The notes below the pieces were generated by a model, which was given only the letters and a program-made list of their open reading frames with translations, ran no database searches and was not told where the DNA came from. DNA of 64,000 bases from Planctomycetota bacterium (lineage in GTDB: Bacteria; Planctomycetota; GCA-002687715; CAIWVZ01). This document shows positions 34,831 through 43,489 of this stretch, in pieces. The stretch covers positions 64,001-128,000 of the forward strand of contig JBGANV010000002.1 in NCBI GenBank assembly GCA_044222185.1. The letters run 5' to 3'. Position 1 is the stretch's first letter. Each line of letters opens with the position of its first letter. The translations under genes and the position numbers were made by a program.

Positions 34831-36582
34831 ATGCGCGCCGCCGAATTCTCTATCCTTCTCGTCCTCATGAGCACTGCATTCCACGACTCGATCGGCCAGG
34901 CGCCGCAGGCATCGCAGCCGACGGCCATTGCGACCATGGATCCAGGGCTTCGAGACGTGATCGAGCGTTTCGCTGCGGACGAGGACGCGCTCGAACGCAA
35001 ATACCCACGCCCCCGCTCGGAGCCGCGGCGCAACCGACTGCGATCGTTCTACGCCGAGGCGCAGAAGTCCCTGGCCGCCTTGCCGTTCGACTCGCTCGGC
35101 GTCGATGGCCGCGTCGACTGGCATCTCCTGCGCGCCTACGTCGCGCGTCGCCAGAAGGCGCTCGATCGCGAGCAGCAAAGGGCAGCCGACGCCGCGCCGC
35201 TCCTGCCGTTCCGCGACGCGATCCTCTCTCTCGTGGACGCCCGTCTGCGATTCGAAGCCGTCGTTCCCAAGGACGCTGCGGCAAACCTCGATGCCATCGC
35301 CAAGTCACTCCCCGACGTCGAGCGCCGTCTCGATTCGGGCGAGCTGGATTCCGTCGACGTCGTTCGCGCCAACCGCACCGTGGGCCAGCTTCGCGAACTG
35401 CGTGGCGCGTTCCGCGGCTGGTACGACTACTTCGCCGGATACGAGCCCACCTTCGAATGGTGGTGCCGGAAGCCATTCGAAGCCTGCACCGAGGGCCTGG
35501 ACCGCCTGTCGGCCAAGGTCCAGGAGCGGCTCATCTCGAAGCGAACGCAGAATGCCTCGGCCCCACTGATCGCGGACCCCATCGGCGACGTGGCCTTGCG
35601 CGAGGAGCTCGGATTCGAGTTCATCCCCTATTCGCCGCCGGAGCTCGTCGCGATCGCCGAGCGCGAATTCGCCTGGTGTGACGCCGAAATGGCGAAGGCG
35701 ACGCAGGCCCTCGGTTTCGGCGACGACTGGCGCAAGGCGCAGGAGCACGTGAAGGAACTTCACGTCGAGCCTGGCCGTCAGCCAGACATGGTTCGCGACA
35801 TGGCCCTGGAAGCCATCGACTGGGTGACGAAGCGGGACCTCGTCACCGTTCCAGATCTCTGCCGCGAGACCTGGCGGATGGAGATGATGGCGCCTGCCGA
35901 CCAGCGGGTGAATCCGTTCTTTCTCGGCGGTGAGGTGATCAAGGTCTCGTTCCCGACGGACGCCATGACGCAATCGGAGAAGCTGCAAAGTCTCCGCGCC
36001 AACAACCGCCATTTCTCACGCGCGGTCGTTCACCACGAACTCATACCCGGGCATCACCTGCAGGGGTTCATGCAGCAGCGGTACCGGCCGTACCGTCGGA
36101 TGTTCAGCACTCCGTTCTGGGTGGAAGGCTGGGCGCTGTATTGGGAGCTGCGCCTCTACGACATGAACTTCGCGGCGACACCCGAGGATCGCATCGGCAT
36201 GTTGTATTGGCGCAAGCATCGCTGCGCCCGAATCATCTTCTCGCTGGGAATCCACCAGGGGACCATGTCGCCGACGGAGGCCGTGAAGTTCCTCGTGGAT
36301 CGCGTGGGACACGAGCCGGCCGCAGCCGAGGGTGAGGTCCGTCGCTCGATCAACGGCGACTACGGACCGCTCTACCAGGCGGGCTACATGCTGGGCGGGA
36401 TGCAGATCCGCGCGCTCCAGCGGGAGCTCGTCGAAGGCGGGCGAATGTCCGAGAAGTCGTTCCACGACGCAGTGCTGCAGCAGAACTCGATCCCCATCGA
36501 GCTGATTCGCGCCTCGCTCACGGGGACGAAGCTTGCCGCGGACATGGGCGCGACGTGGCGGTTTGCCGACGGCGGCAAATGA
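34831..36582 (+). CDS. DUF885 family putative metallopeptidase
   Basis: HHELIPGHHLQ, EGWALYWE, EVRRS, YQAGYMLG; N-terminal signal. Confidence 0.88.
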   Translation: MRAAEFSILLVLMSTAFHDSIGQAPQASQPTAIATMDPGLRDVIERFAADEDALERKYPRPRSEPRRNRLRSFYAEAQKSLAALPFDSLGVDGRVDWHLLRAYVARRQKALDREQQRAADAAPLLPFRDAILSLVDARLRFEAVVPKDAAANLDAIAKSLPDVERRLDSGELDSVDVVRANRTVGQLRELRGAFRGWYDYFAGYEPTFEWWCRKPFEACTEGLDRLSAKVQERLISKRTQNASAPLIADPIGDVALREELGFEFIPYSPPELVAIAEREFAWCDAEMAKATQALGFGDDWRKAQEHVKELHVEPGRQPDMVRDMALEAIDWVTKRDLVTVPDLCRETWRMEMMAPADQRVNPFFLGGEVIKVSFPTDAMTQSEKLQSLRANNRHFSRAVVHHELIPGHHLQGFMQQRYRPYRRMFSTPFWVEGWALYWELRLYDMNFAATPEDRIGMLYWRKHRCARIIFSLGIHQGTMSPTEAVKFLVDRVGHEPAAAEGEVRRSINGDYGPLYQAGYMLGGMQIRALQRELVEGGRMSEKSFHDAVLQQNSIPIELIRASLTGTKLAADMGATWRFADGGK

Positions 36583-36933
36583 TCGGGGCGCGGGGCGAGG
36601 TGGCGTAGCGAACGTCGTGCGCGTGGCGTGGGTGCGAGACGGTCGTCGCTCGGGCGGTAGGAGGAGACGAGGCTCGCCGACGTCTCGCGCAAGGCAGAAC
36701 TCCAGGCGTCCGGCCGGGCGAAGCCCGGCGGTCCGACTTCGCCGACGATGACCGAGGCGCATCGTCTTGCGACACGCACGGAGAGTCCGAACCGGCGATC
36801 TGATGAACGCAGCGCCTGGTCCGGTCATCCCCGGGATGCGGCGACCGACGCCGTCAGGCGGCCGCCCGACCTGCTCAGGGCCGTCTGATACGATCCCGGC
36901 CATCCCTCACCGACCTCCTCGCGGCGCACCATC

Positions 36934-38571
36934 ATGCCTCCGACCGACTCACGACCCATTGCCGGGGTTTCCATCATCGCCGGGCGGCACGCTGCGGCCT
37001 CGCCTGCACCGGATGCACGTTTCCACGGCGTCGAGGCCGCGACGGGAGCACCCCTCGCGATCACGTTCGTCGCAGCCTCTCCACAGGACGTGTCGGCCGC
37101 GTGCGAGGCTGGGCGCGGTGCCGAATCCATCCTGCGCGACAGCTCGCCGGATCGGCGTGCGGCGCTGTTGAGAGGCATCGCCGACGGCATCGCGGCCCTC
37201 GGCGATTCGCTCGTGGAGACGGTGTGTCTGGAGACGGGACTCGGCTCCGACCGCATCCGAGGCGAGCGCGACCGCACCGTGTTCCAGCTGCGTACATTCG
37301 CCGATCTGGCGGTTCGAGGCGACTGGGTCGACGCCGTGATCGATCGCGGGAACCCCACGCGCACGCCGCTCCCCAAACCGGACGTGCGCCGCATGCTGCG
37401 GCCGTTGGGGCTCTGCGCCGTGTTTCCAGCGAGCAATTTTCCGCTCGCTTTCGGGGTCGCGGGTGGCGACACCGCGTCCGCCGTCGCCGCCGGTTGCCCG
37501 GTCGTGGTCAAGGGTCACCCGGCACATCCGGCGACCGGTGAGATGGTGGCCACGGTCGTCGCTGCGGCAGTCGCGGGAACCGGCCTTCCCGGCGGCACGT
37601 TCTCGTTCCTGCACGCCGGCGGGGTGCGCGACATCACGGTAGGCGAGGAACTCGTTCGGCATCCGCACGTGCGGGCGGTCGGATTCACGGGATCGAAGGG
37701 CGGCGGACTTTCGCTCGCGCGCCTCGCGGCCTCGCGCGACGAACCGATCCCGGTCTTCGCCGAGATGGGCAGCGTGAACCCGACGTTCCTTCTCCCTGAC
37801 GCCGTCGCCGCCGATGCGGAAGGGCTCGCGACCAAGCTCGCCGGCGCGATCGTCGGCTCGGTGGGACAGCTCTGCACGAAGCCAGGGCTCCTGTTCGTCG
37901 TCGCATCGAAGCCCGCCGAGGCGTTTCTCTTCGCACTCGCCGGACGACTGGCTGCGGCATCGCCCGCGCCCATGCTCACGTCGCGTACGCTCGCGAACTT
38001 CGCAGCCCGCCTGCGGTCGCAGGCGACGATCGAAGGCGTCAGCACCGTAGGCGGAGTCGCCGAGCCCGCGAGCTCGCCAGGCTCCAAGGTCTTGCCAGTC
38101 CTGTTGCGCGTCAGCGCCGACGTCTTCGCGCGGAACCCCACGCTCGCCGAGGAGTGCTTCGGGCCATCCGCGATCGCGGTCGTCTGCACGAGTCCCGAAC
38201 AGATGCAGGCGCTCGCAGCGACGTTGCCCGGCAGCCTCGCGGCGGCGGTGTTCGCCGCAGACTCGGACTCGAAGCACGCGACGATCCTCGCCGACGTCGT
38301 CGCAAGCCGCGTCGGACGCGTCGTCTTCGGCGGAGTGACGACGGGCGTCGAAGTCTGCGCCGCGATGCAGCACGGTGGGCCGTTTCCGGCGACGACCCGC
38401 CCTGAAACCACCTCCGTCGGAAGCGCCGCGATCCGACGCTGGTGTCGGCCGATCGCATGGCAGAACGCGCCCGACGGATTCCTCCCGCCTGCGTTGCGTG
38501 ACGCGAACCCCCTGAACATCGCGCGGACCGTGGACGGACTCCTCGTGCCCGCCGGAATGGCCCCATCGTGA
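36934..38571 (+). CDS. Alpha-ketoglutaric semialdehyde dehydrogenase (NADP-dependent ALDH)
   Basis: ASNFPLAFGVAGGDTASA, GFTGS, AEMGSVNP, GQLCTKPG, EECFGP, HGGPFPAT. Confidence 0.92.
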   Translation: MPPTDSRPIAGVSIIAGRHAAASPAPDARFHGVEAATGAPLAITFVAASPQDVSAACEAGRGAESILRDSSPDRRAALLRGIADGIAALGDSLVETVCLETGLGSDRIRGERDRTVFQLRTFADLAVRGDWVDAVIDRGNPTRTPLPKPDVRRMLRPLGLCAVFPASNFPLAFGVAGGDTASAVAAGCPVVVKGHPAHPATGEMVATVVAAAVAGTGLPGGTFSFLHAGGVRDITVGEELVRHPHVRAVGFTGSKGGGLSLARLAASRDEPIPVFAEMGSVNPTFLLPDAVAADAEGLATKLAGAIVGSVGQLCTKPGLLFVVASKPAEAFLFALAGRLAAASPAPMLTSRTLANFAARLRSQATIEGVSTVGGVAEPASSPGSKVLPVLLRVSADVFARNPTLAEECFGPSAIAVVCTSPEQMQALAATLPGSLAAAVFAADSDSKHATILADVVASRVGRVVFGGVTTGVEVCAAMQHGGPFPATTRPETTSVGSAAIRRWCRPIAWQNAPDGFLPPALRDANPLNIARTVDGLLVPAGMAPS

Positions 38572-39518
38572 ACGCGGTCCGCGTCATCGACTCACACACC
38601 GAGGGTGAGCCGACCCGTGTCGTGATCGATGGTGGACCGGACCTCGGCGGCGGGTCGCTCGTCGAACGACGTGAGATCTTCGCGCGGCACCACGACGCGT
38701 TCCGCGCCGCGGTGGTGAACGAACCACGGGGATCGGACGTCCTCGTCGGCGCGCTCCTCGTACCACCGGCGGACGCGCGTGCGGTCGCCGGCGTGATCTT
38801 CTTCAACAACGTGGGACCGCTTTGGGGATGCGGACACGGCACGATCGGCGTCGCGCGGACCCTCGTGCGGATGGGCCGGATCAAAGCCGGAGAACATCTC
38901 GTCGAAACGCCCAGCGGCCTCGTCACGATTCGCCTCGGCGACGCCGATCCGGCTGGCGGCGACGTGGAGATCGACAACGTCCCATCGTTCCGCCACCGTA
39001 AAGACGTCGTCGTGAACGTTCATGGCATGGGATCCGTCATGGGTGACGTCGCCTGGGGCGGCAACTGGTTCTTCCTCGTCGACGGCCACGGGCTGCGCCT
39101 CGACCTCTCCAACGTCGACGCATTGACGGACCGCGCGTGGAAGATCCGCCGGGCTCTCGCACGCGACGGCATCACGGGCGCGGACGGGGCGGAGATCGAT
39201 CACGTCGAGTTCTTCGGAACGCCGTCGCGGTCGGATTGCCACAGCCGCAACTTCGTCCTTTGCCCCGGTCGGGCCTACGACCGTTCGCCGTGTGGAACGG
39301 GAACGAGCGCCAAACTCGCGTGTCTCGTCGCCGACGGAAAGCTCGCGCCCGGAGTCTGGTGGGGACAGGAGAGCATCGTCGGCAGCGCCTTCCGCGCGCG
39401 CGCACGCCGGGATGGCGAGCGCATCGTCCCGACGATCGCGGGCGCGGCGTGGATCACGGCGGAGGCGACGCTCCTCCGCGACGACCGTGACCCGTTTCGC
39501 GACGGCATCCGGGGCTGA
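38568..39518 (+). CDS. 4-hydroxyproline 2-epimerase (proline racemase family)
   Basis: IDSHTEGEPTR, NEPRG, CGHG, WGGNWF, DRSPCGTGTSA; hydroxyproline operon context. Confidence 0.9.
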   Translation: MNAVRVIDSHTEGEPTRVVIDGGPDLGGGSLVERREIFARHHDAFRAAVVNEPRGSDVLVGALLVPPADARAVAGVIFFNNVGPLWGCGHGTIGVARTLVRMGRIKAGEHLVETPSGLVTIRLGDADPAGGDVEIDNVPSFRHRKDVVVNVHGMGSVMGDVAWGGNWFFLVDGHGLRLDLSNVDALTDRAWKIRRALARDGITGADGAEIDHVEFFGTPSRSDCHSRNFVLCPGRAYDRSPCGTGTSAKLACLVADGKLAPGVWWGQESIVGSAFRARARRDGERIVPTIAGAAWITAEATLLRDDRDPFRDGIRG

Positions 39519-39521
39519 GCG

Positions 39522-40643
39522 GTGACGCTCGCGGACGTGATCGTCGTCGGTGCGGGCATCGTCGGTGCGGCGTGTGCCGATGCACTGAGTTCGCGCGGCA
39601 TGCGTGTGACGGTGATCGAGTCCTCGGAGATCGGAGGCAGTGCCACGGCCGCGGGCATGGGGCACGTCGTCGTCCTCGACGACTCGGAACCCGAGTTCGC
39701 GCTCGCTCGCGACTCGCAGCTGCGATGGGCGCGCCTTCTCCCCGAACTGCCGAGCGACGTGGAAGCGCGGGTCTGCGGGACGCTGTGGGTGGCACTCGAC
39801 GACGAGGAGATGGCAGAAGCCCGCCGCAAGGCTGCGTACTTCCAGACGCGCGGCGCGCGGGCGCAGCTGCTGGATTCCGCCGAGACGCGCGCCCTCGAGC
39901 CCGCGCTGTGCGCCGACGTCGCGGGAGGGCTTCTCGTCCCGGACGACGGAGTGATCTACCCGCCGACGGCAGCACGGTGGCTCCTTCGACGCTCGCGGGC
40001 GACGGTGCTTCGCGGCCAGCCCGCGCGACGGATCGATGGCCGCTCGGTGACGCTGCGGGACGGCACGCGCATCGACGGCCACGCCGTCGTCAACGCTGGC
40101 GGCATCCGTGCGCGAGAGCTTTCCCCGTCGCTGCCGTTGCGGCACAAGAAGGGTCACCTCGTCATCACGGATCGCCACCCCGGCTTCCTCCGGCACCAGG
40201 TCGTGGAACTGGGATATGTGAAGTCGGCCCACGCTGGCGCCCGCGAATCCGTGGCGTTCAACGTCCAGCCGCGCGCAACGGGCCAGGTGCTGATCGGCTC
40301 GTCCCGACAGCTCGACGTGGAGGATCCCGTCGTCGAGCCGCACGTGGTGTCCCGGATGCTCGACCGGGCGGTTCGATACATGCCGTCGATCGGTCGACTC
40401 TCGGCAATCCGGACCTGGACGGGCTTTCGCGCCGCCACACCCGACGGTTTGCCCCTGATCGGACGATGCGACGCCGAAGGTGGCACGTGGATCGCGGCGG
40501 GGCACGAGGGGCTCGGGATCACGACGTCGCTGGGCACTGCGGCACTCCTTGCCGACCTGATGACGGGCACGAACCCGTCGATTCCCCCGACTCCTTATGC
40601 TCCGGATCGATTTGCGCGCGCACGGGGAATGGCCCATGACTGA
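39522..40643 (+). CDS. D-hydroxyproline dehydrogenase FAD subunit (DAO family)
   Basis: GAGIVG, ATAAGMGH, WTGFRAATPDGLP, GHEGLGITT. Confidence 0.85.
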   Translation: MTLADVIVVGAGIVGAACADALSSRGMRVTVIESSEIGGSATAAGMGHVVVLDDSEPEFALARDSQLRWARLLPELPSDVEARVCGTLWVALDDEEMAEARRKAAYFQTRGARAQLLDSAETRALEPALCADVAGGLLVPDDGVIYPPTAARWLLRRSRATVLRGQPARRIDGRSVTLRDGTRIDGHAVVNAGGIRARELSPSLPLRHKKGHLVITDRHPGFLRHQVVELGYVKSAHAGARESVAFNVQPRATGQVLIGSSRQLDVEDPVVEPHVVSRMLDRAVRYMPSIGRLSAIRTWTGFRAATPDGLPLIGRCDAEGGTWIAAGHEGLGITTSLGTAALLADLMTGTNPSIPPTPYAPDRFARARGMAHD

Positions 40644-40887
40644 GCCGTCCATCCAAATCGTCGTGGACGGGAGGTCGATCGCAGCGAGCTCGGGTACGAC
40701 GCTCGCGGCCGCCCTTCTCAATGCGGGCGTCGACGCGTTCCGGCAATCGGTCGACGGGCTCGCGCGCGGACCGGTGTGCGCCATGGGAACGTGTCACGAG
40801 TGCCGCGTGACGCTCGACGGCATGCCCCACGTCCGTGCCTGCCTCGTGGACGTGCGACCTGGAATGCGCGTGGAGACGAGAGCGTGA
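40636..40887 (+). CDS. D-hydroxyproline dehydrogenase 2Fe-2S subunit
   Basis: CAMGTCHEC...RAC motif. Confidence 0.85.
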   Translation: MTEPSIQIVVDGRSIAASSGTTLAAALLNAGVDAFRQSVDGLARGPVCAMGTCHECRVTLDGMPHVRACLVDVRPGMRVETRA

Positions 40888-42170
40888 CGCTCTCAGCACG
40901 CATCGCGTGCGACGTGGCGATCGTGGGCGCGGGCCCGGCCGGGCTGTCGGCGGCCGTCGAAGCAGGACGGTTCGGACGTCGCGTGCTGGTCATCGAGGAG
41001 GCGAACGCCGCCGGCGGACAGATCTGGAGGCGGGCGTCGGGCGGGCAAGCCGAGGGCTTGCGAGCCGAAGCCACGAGGCATGGTGTCGGTTTCCATCACG
41101 GCCTCACGCTCGTCGCCGCGGATCGCACGGGTGCAGGACGAACGCTGTGGTGCATTCGGCGCGACGGCGGCGAGGCGGTCCGCGTCGATGCCGCTCGCGT
41201 CGTCCTCGCCACGGGCGCCCGGGAACTTCTCCTGCCGTTTCCCAATTGGACGCTGCCGGGGGTCTTCGCGGCCGGCGGACTCCAGGCGCTCTCGAAAGAC
41301 GGGTTCGACGTGGCGCGAAAGCGCATCGTCGTCGCCGGCTCGGGTCCGCTGCTGATGGCCGTGGCGGCACAGCTTCGGGCCCGCGGCGGCACCGTGATCG
41401 AGATCGCCGAACAAGCGCCGTGGCGCACCGTCGTCCGCTTCCTCGCGAAGCTCACCGCGCATCCCGCGAAACTGGCGCAGGCGTGCGCACTCCGCGGGCG
41501 CACGGCGGGGGCACGCTATCGAACGGGCACGTGGCCCGTTCGCGCCGAGGGTGACGGAAGGATCGAAGCCGTCGTGCTCTCCGACGGCACGCACGAACGC
41601 CGCATCGCGTGCGATGCGCTGGCGGTCGGGTTCGGACTCGTCCCGAACGTCCAGACCGCCGCCCTGCTCGGCTGCGCCATCGACGACGGAGCCGTGCGCG
41701 TGTCGCCGAACCTGGAGACGACGGCGGCAGGGGTGTTCGCCGCCGGCGAAGCCCTCGGTATCGGAGGAGTGGAGTGTGCGCGCGTCGAGGGAGCGATCGC
41801 CGGCCGCGCCGCCGTGGATGCGCTCACGCCGGACGATCCCCTTCTCGCGCGGCGAACGCGAGCGCGCCGGTTTGCACGCGCAGTCGAGGAAGCGTTCGCC
41901 CTTCGGGCCGAACTCTCGGCGCTGCCGGCGCCGGACACGCTCGTGTGTCGATGCGAGGACGTCACCTGGGCGAGGATCCGCGAGTGCCAGTCGTGGCGCG
42001 AGGCGAAACTCATGACTCGATGTGGCATGGGTCCCTGCCAGGGTCGCGTCTGTGGACCCGCGCTGCGCGTCCTCACCGGGTGGAGCGGTGGCGATTCCCG
42101 GCCGCCGTCGAGCCCCGTCGGCGTCGACGCGCTCCGGTGCTTCGGCGTCGACGCCAACCCCACTGCGTGA
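40884..42170 (+). CDS. D-hydroxyproline dehydrogenase FAD/NAD oxidoreductase subunit with BFD-like Fe-S domain
   Basis: GAGPAG, ATGARE, CRCEDV...TRCGMGPCQGRVC. Confidence 0.85.
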   Translation: MTLSARIACDVAIVGAGPAGLSAAVEAGRFGRRVLVIEEANAAGGQIWRRASGGQAEGLRAEATRHGVGFHHGLTLVAADRTGAGRTLWCIRRDGGEAVRVDAARVVLATGARELLLPFPNWTLPGVFAAGGLQALSKDGFDVARKRIVVAGSGPLLMAVAAQLRARGGTVIEIAEQAPWRTVVRFLAKLTAHPAKLAQACALRGRTAGARYRTGTWPVRAEGDGRIEAVVLSDGTHERRIACDALAVGFGLVPNVQTAALLGCAIDDGAVRVSPNLETTAAGVFAAGEALGIGGVECARVEGAIAGRAAVDALTPDDPLLARRTRARRFARAVEEAFALRAELSALPAPDTLVCRCEDVTWARIRECQSWREAKLMTRCGMGPCQGRVCGPALRVLTGWSGGDSRPPSSPVGVDALRCFGVDANPTA

Positions 42171-42203
42171 GGCGCCGGACGGCGGTTCGTTACGATCGCC
42201 GCC

Positions 42204-43118
42204 ATGCTCCGCAAAGACTGGCACGGTGTGATGCCCGCCATCACCACTCCGTTCTCCTCGGATCTCTCGATCGATCACGCGCTCCTCGCCCGGCACGCGG
42301 CCTGGATGGTCGACCAGGGCTGCACGGGAATCGTCGCACTGGGATCGCTCGGTGAAGGCGGAGCTCTCGACGCCGACGAGAAGTCCGCCGTACTCACGAC
42401 GCTCGTCAGGAGCGTGGGGGCACGTGTCCCCGTGATCGCAGGCGTCGCCGCCGTGGGAACGCTCCACGCCGTGAAGCTCGCGCGCGCGGCGCAGGACGCC
42501 GGTTGTCGCGGGCTCATGGTGCTGCCTCCGTACGTGTACCGCGGAGACTGGCGCGAGATGCGCGCCCACTTCGATGCCGTCATCCGCGCGACGCCGCTCT
42601 CGTGCATGCTCTACAACAATCCGATCGCGTACGGCACCGACGTCACGCCGGACCAGATCGCCGAGCTCGCCTCCGCTCACGCGAATCTCCACGCGGTGAA
42701 GGAATCATCGGCGGACGTACGCCGCGTCACGGCAATCCGGCACCTCGTCTCGGATCGTCTCGCGCTGTTCGTCGGAGTCGACGACCTCATCGTCGAGGGA
42801 ATCGCCGCTGGCGCCGTCGGCTGGATCGCGGGACTCGTCAATGCGTTCCCGAAGGAATCGGTCGACCTGTTCGAACTCGCGCGCTCTGGACGCCACGCCG
42901 ATGCGGACGCGCTCTACCGATGGTTCCTTCCGCTCCTTCGAATGGACACCGTTCCGGCGTTCGTGCACCTCATCAAGCTCGTTCAACAGGAGATGGGGTG
43001 GGGCTCGGAGCGGGTGCGTCCTCCGCGGCTCGCGCTCGAGGGATCCGCGCGCGCGGCAGCCCTGATGGCACTCGCGGACGCAAGAAGTTTGGGACGTCCG
43101 GCACCTTCTCGCCCGTGA
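42204..43118 (+). CDS. Delta1-pyrroline-4-hydroxy-2-carboxylate deaminase (DHDPS family)
   Basis: GSLGE, YNNPIAY, KESS, GVDD, GWIAG; operon context. Confidence 0.85.
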   Translation: MLRKDWHGVMPAITTPFSSDLSIDHALLARHAAWMVDQGCTGIVALGSLGEGGALDADEKSAVLTTLVRSVGARVPVIAGVAAVGTLHAVKLARAAQDAGCRGLMVLPPYVYRGDWREMRAHFDAVIRATPLSCMLYNNPIAYGTDVTPDQIAELASAHANLHAVKESSADVRRVTAIRHLVSDRLALFVGVDDLIVEGIAAGAVGWIAGLVNAFPKESVDLFELARSGRHADADALYRWFLPLLRMDTVPAFVHLIKLVQQEMGWGSERVRPPRLALEGSARAAALMALADARSLGRPAPSRP

Positions 43119-43489
43119 GTCGCCGCCAGGCCGCCCACGTAACTCCGACGCAGTCTGAGACAGGAACGACACGCTTTTCCGCGCGACTCCACGTGGAGCA
43201 TCGGCCCGACCATGCACGGACCGACACGGTCCCTGTAAGAAGTACCCGCTGCCGCTCATGAGTCACGCAGCCGTATCACCTCCGCCATGACGCGCGGCCG
43301 CGGAGTCGTGCTTGACAACACGCCTCGGGCGACGAGACTCGCCTTCGCTGCGCGCGATACGGACTCGTGCGCAGCAGTGCTCGCAACGTGAACTCGGAGT
43401 GAGGTTCCCCACCTCCTCGCCGGGTAAGGGCGCCCGTCGGGGCACACACGGCCTCACGGGGTTCCGCTCATCGAGCCGGAGGAATCGTC

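Noticed and set aside
43312-43340. Sigma-70 promoter (TTGACA) upstream of the di-haem protein
   Set aside because: Perfect -35 but no convincing -10 at 16-18 nt spacing.
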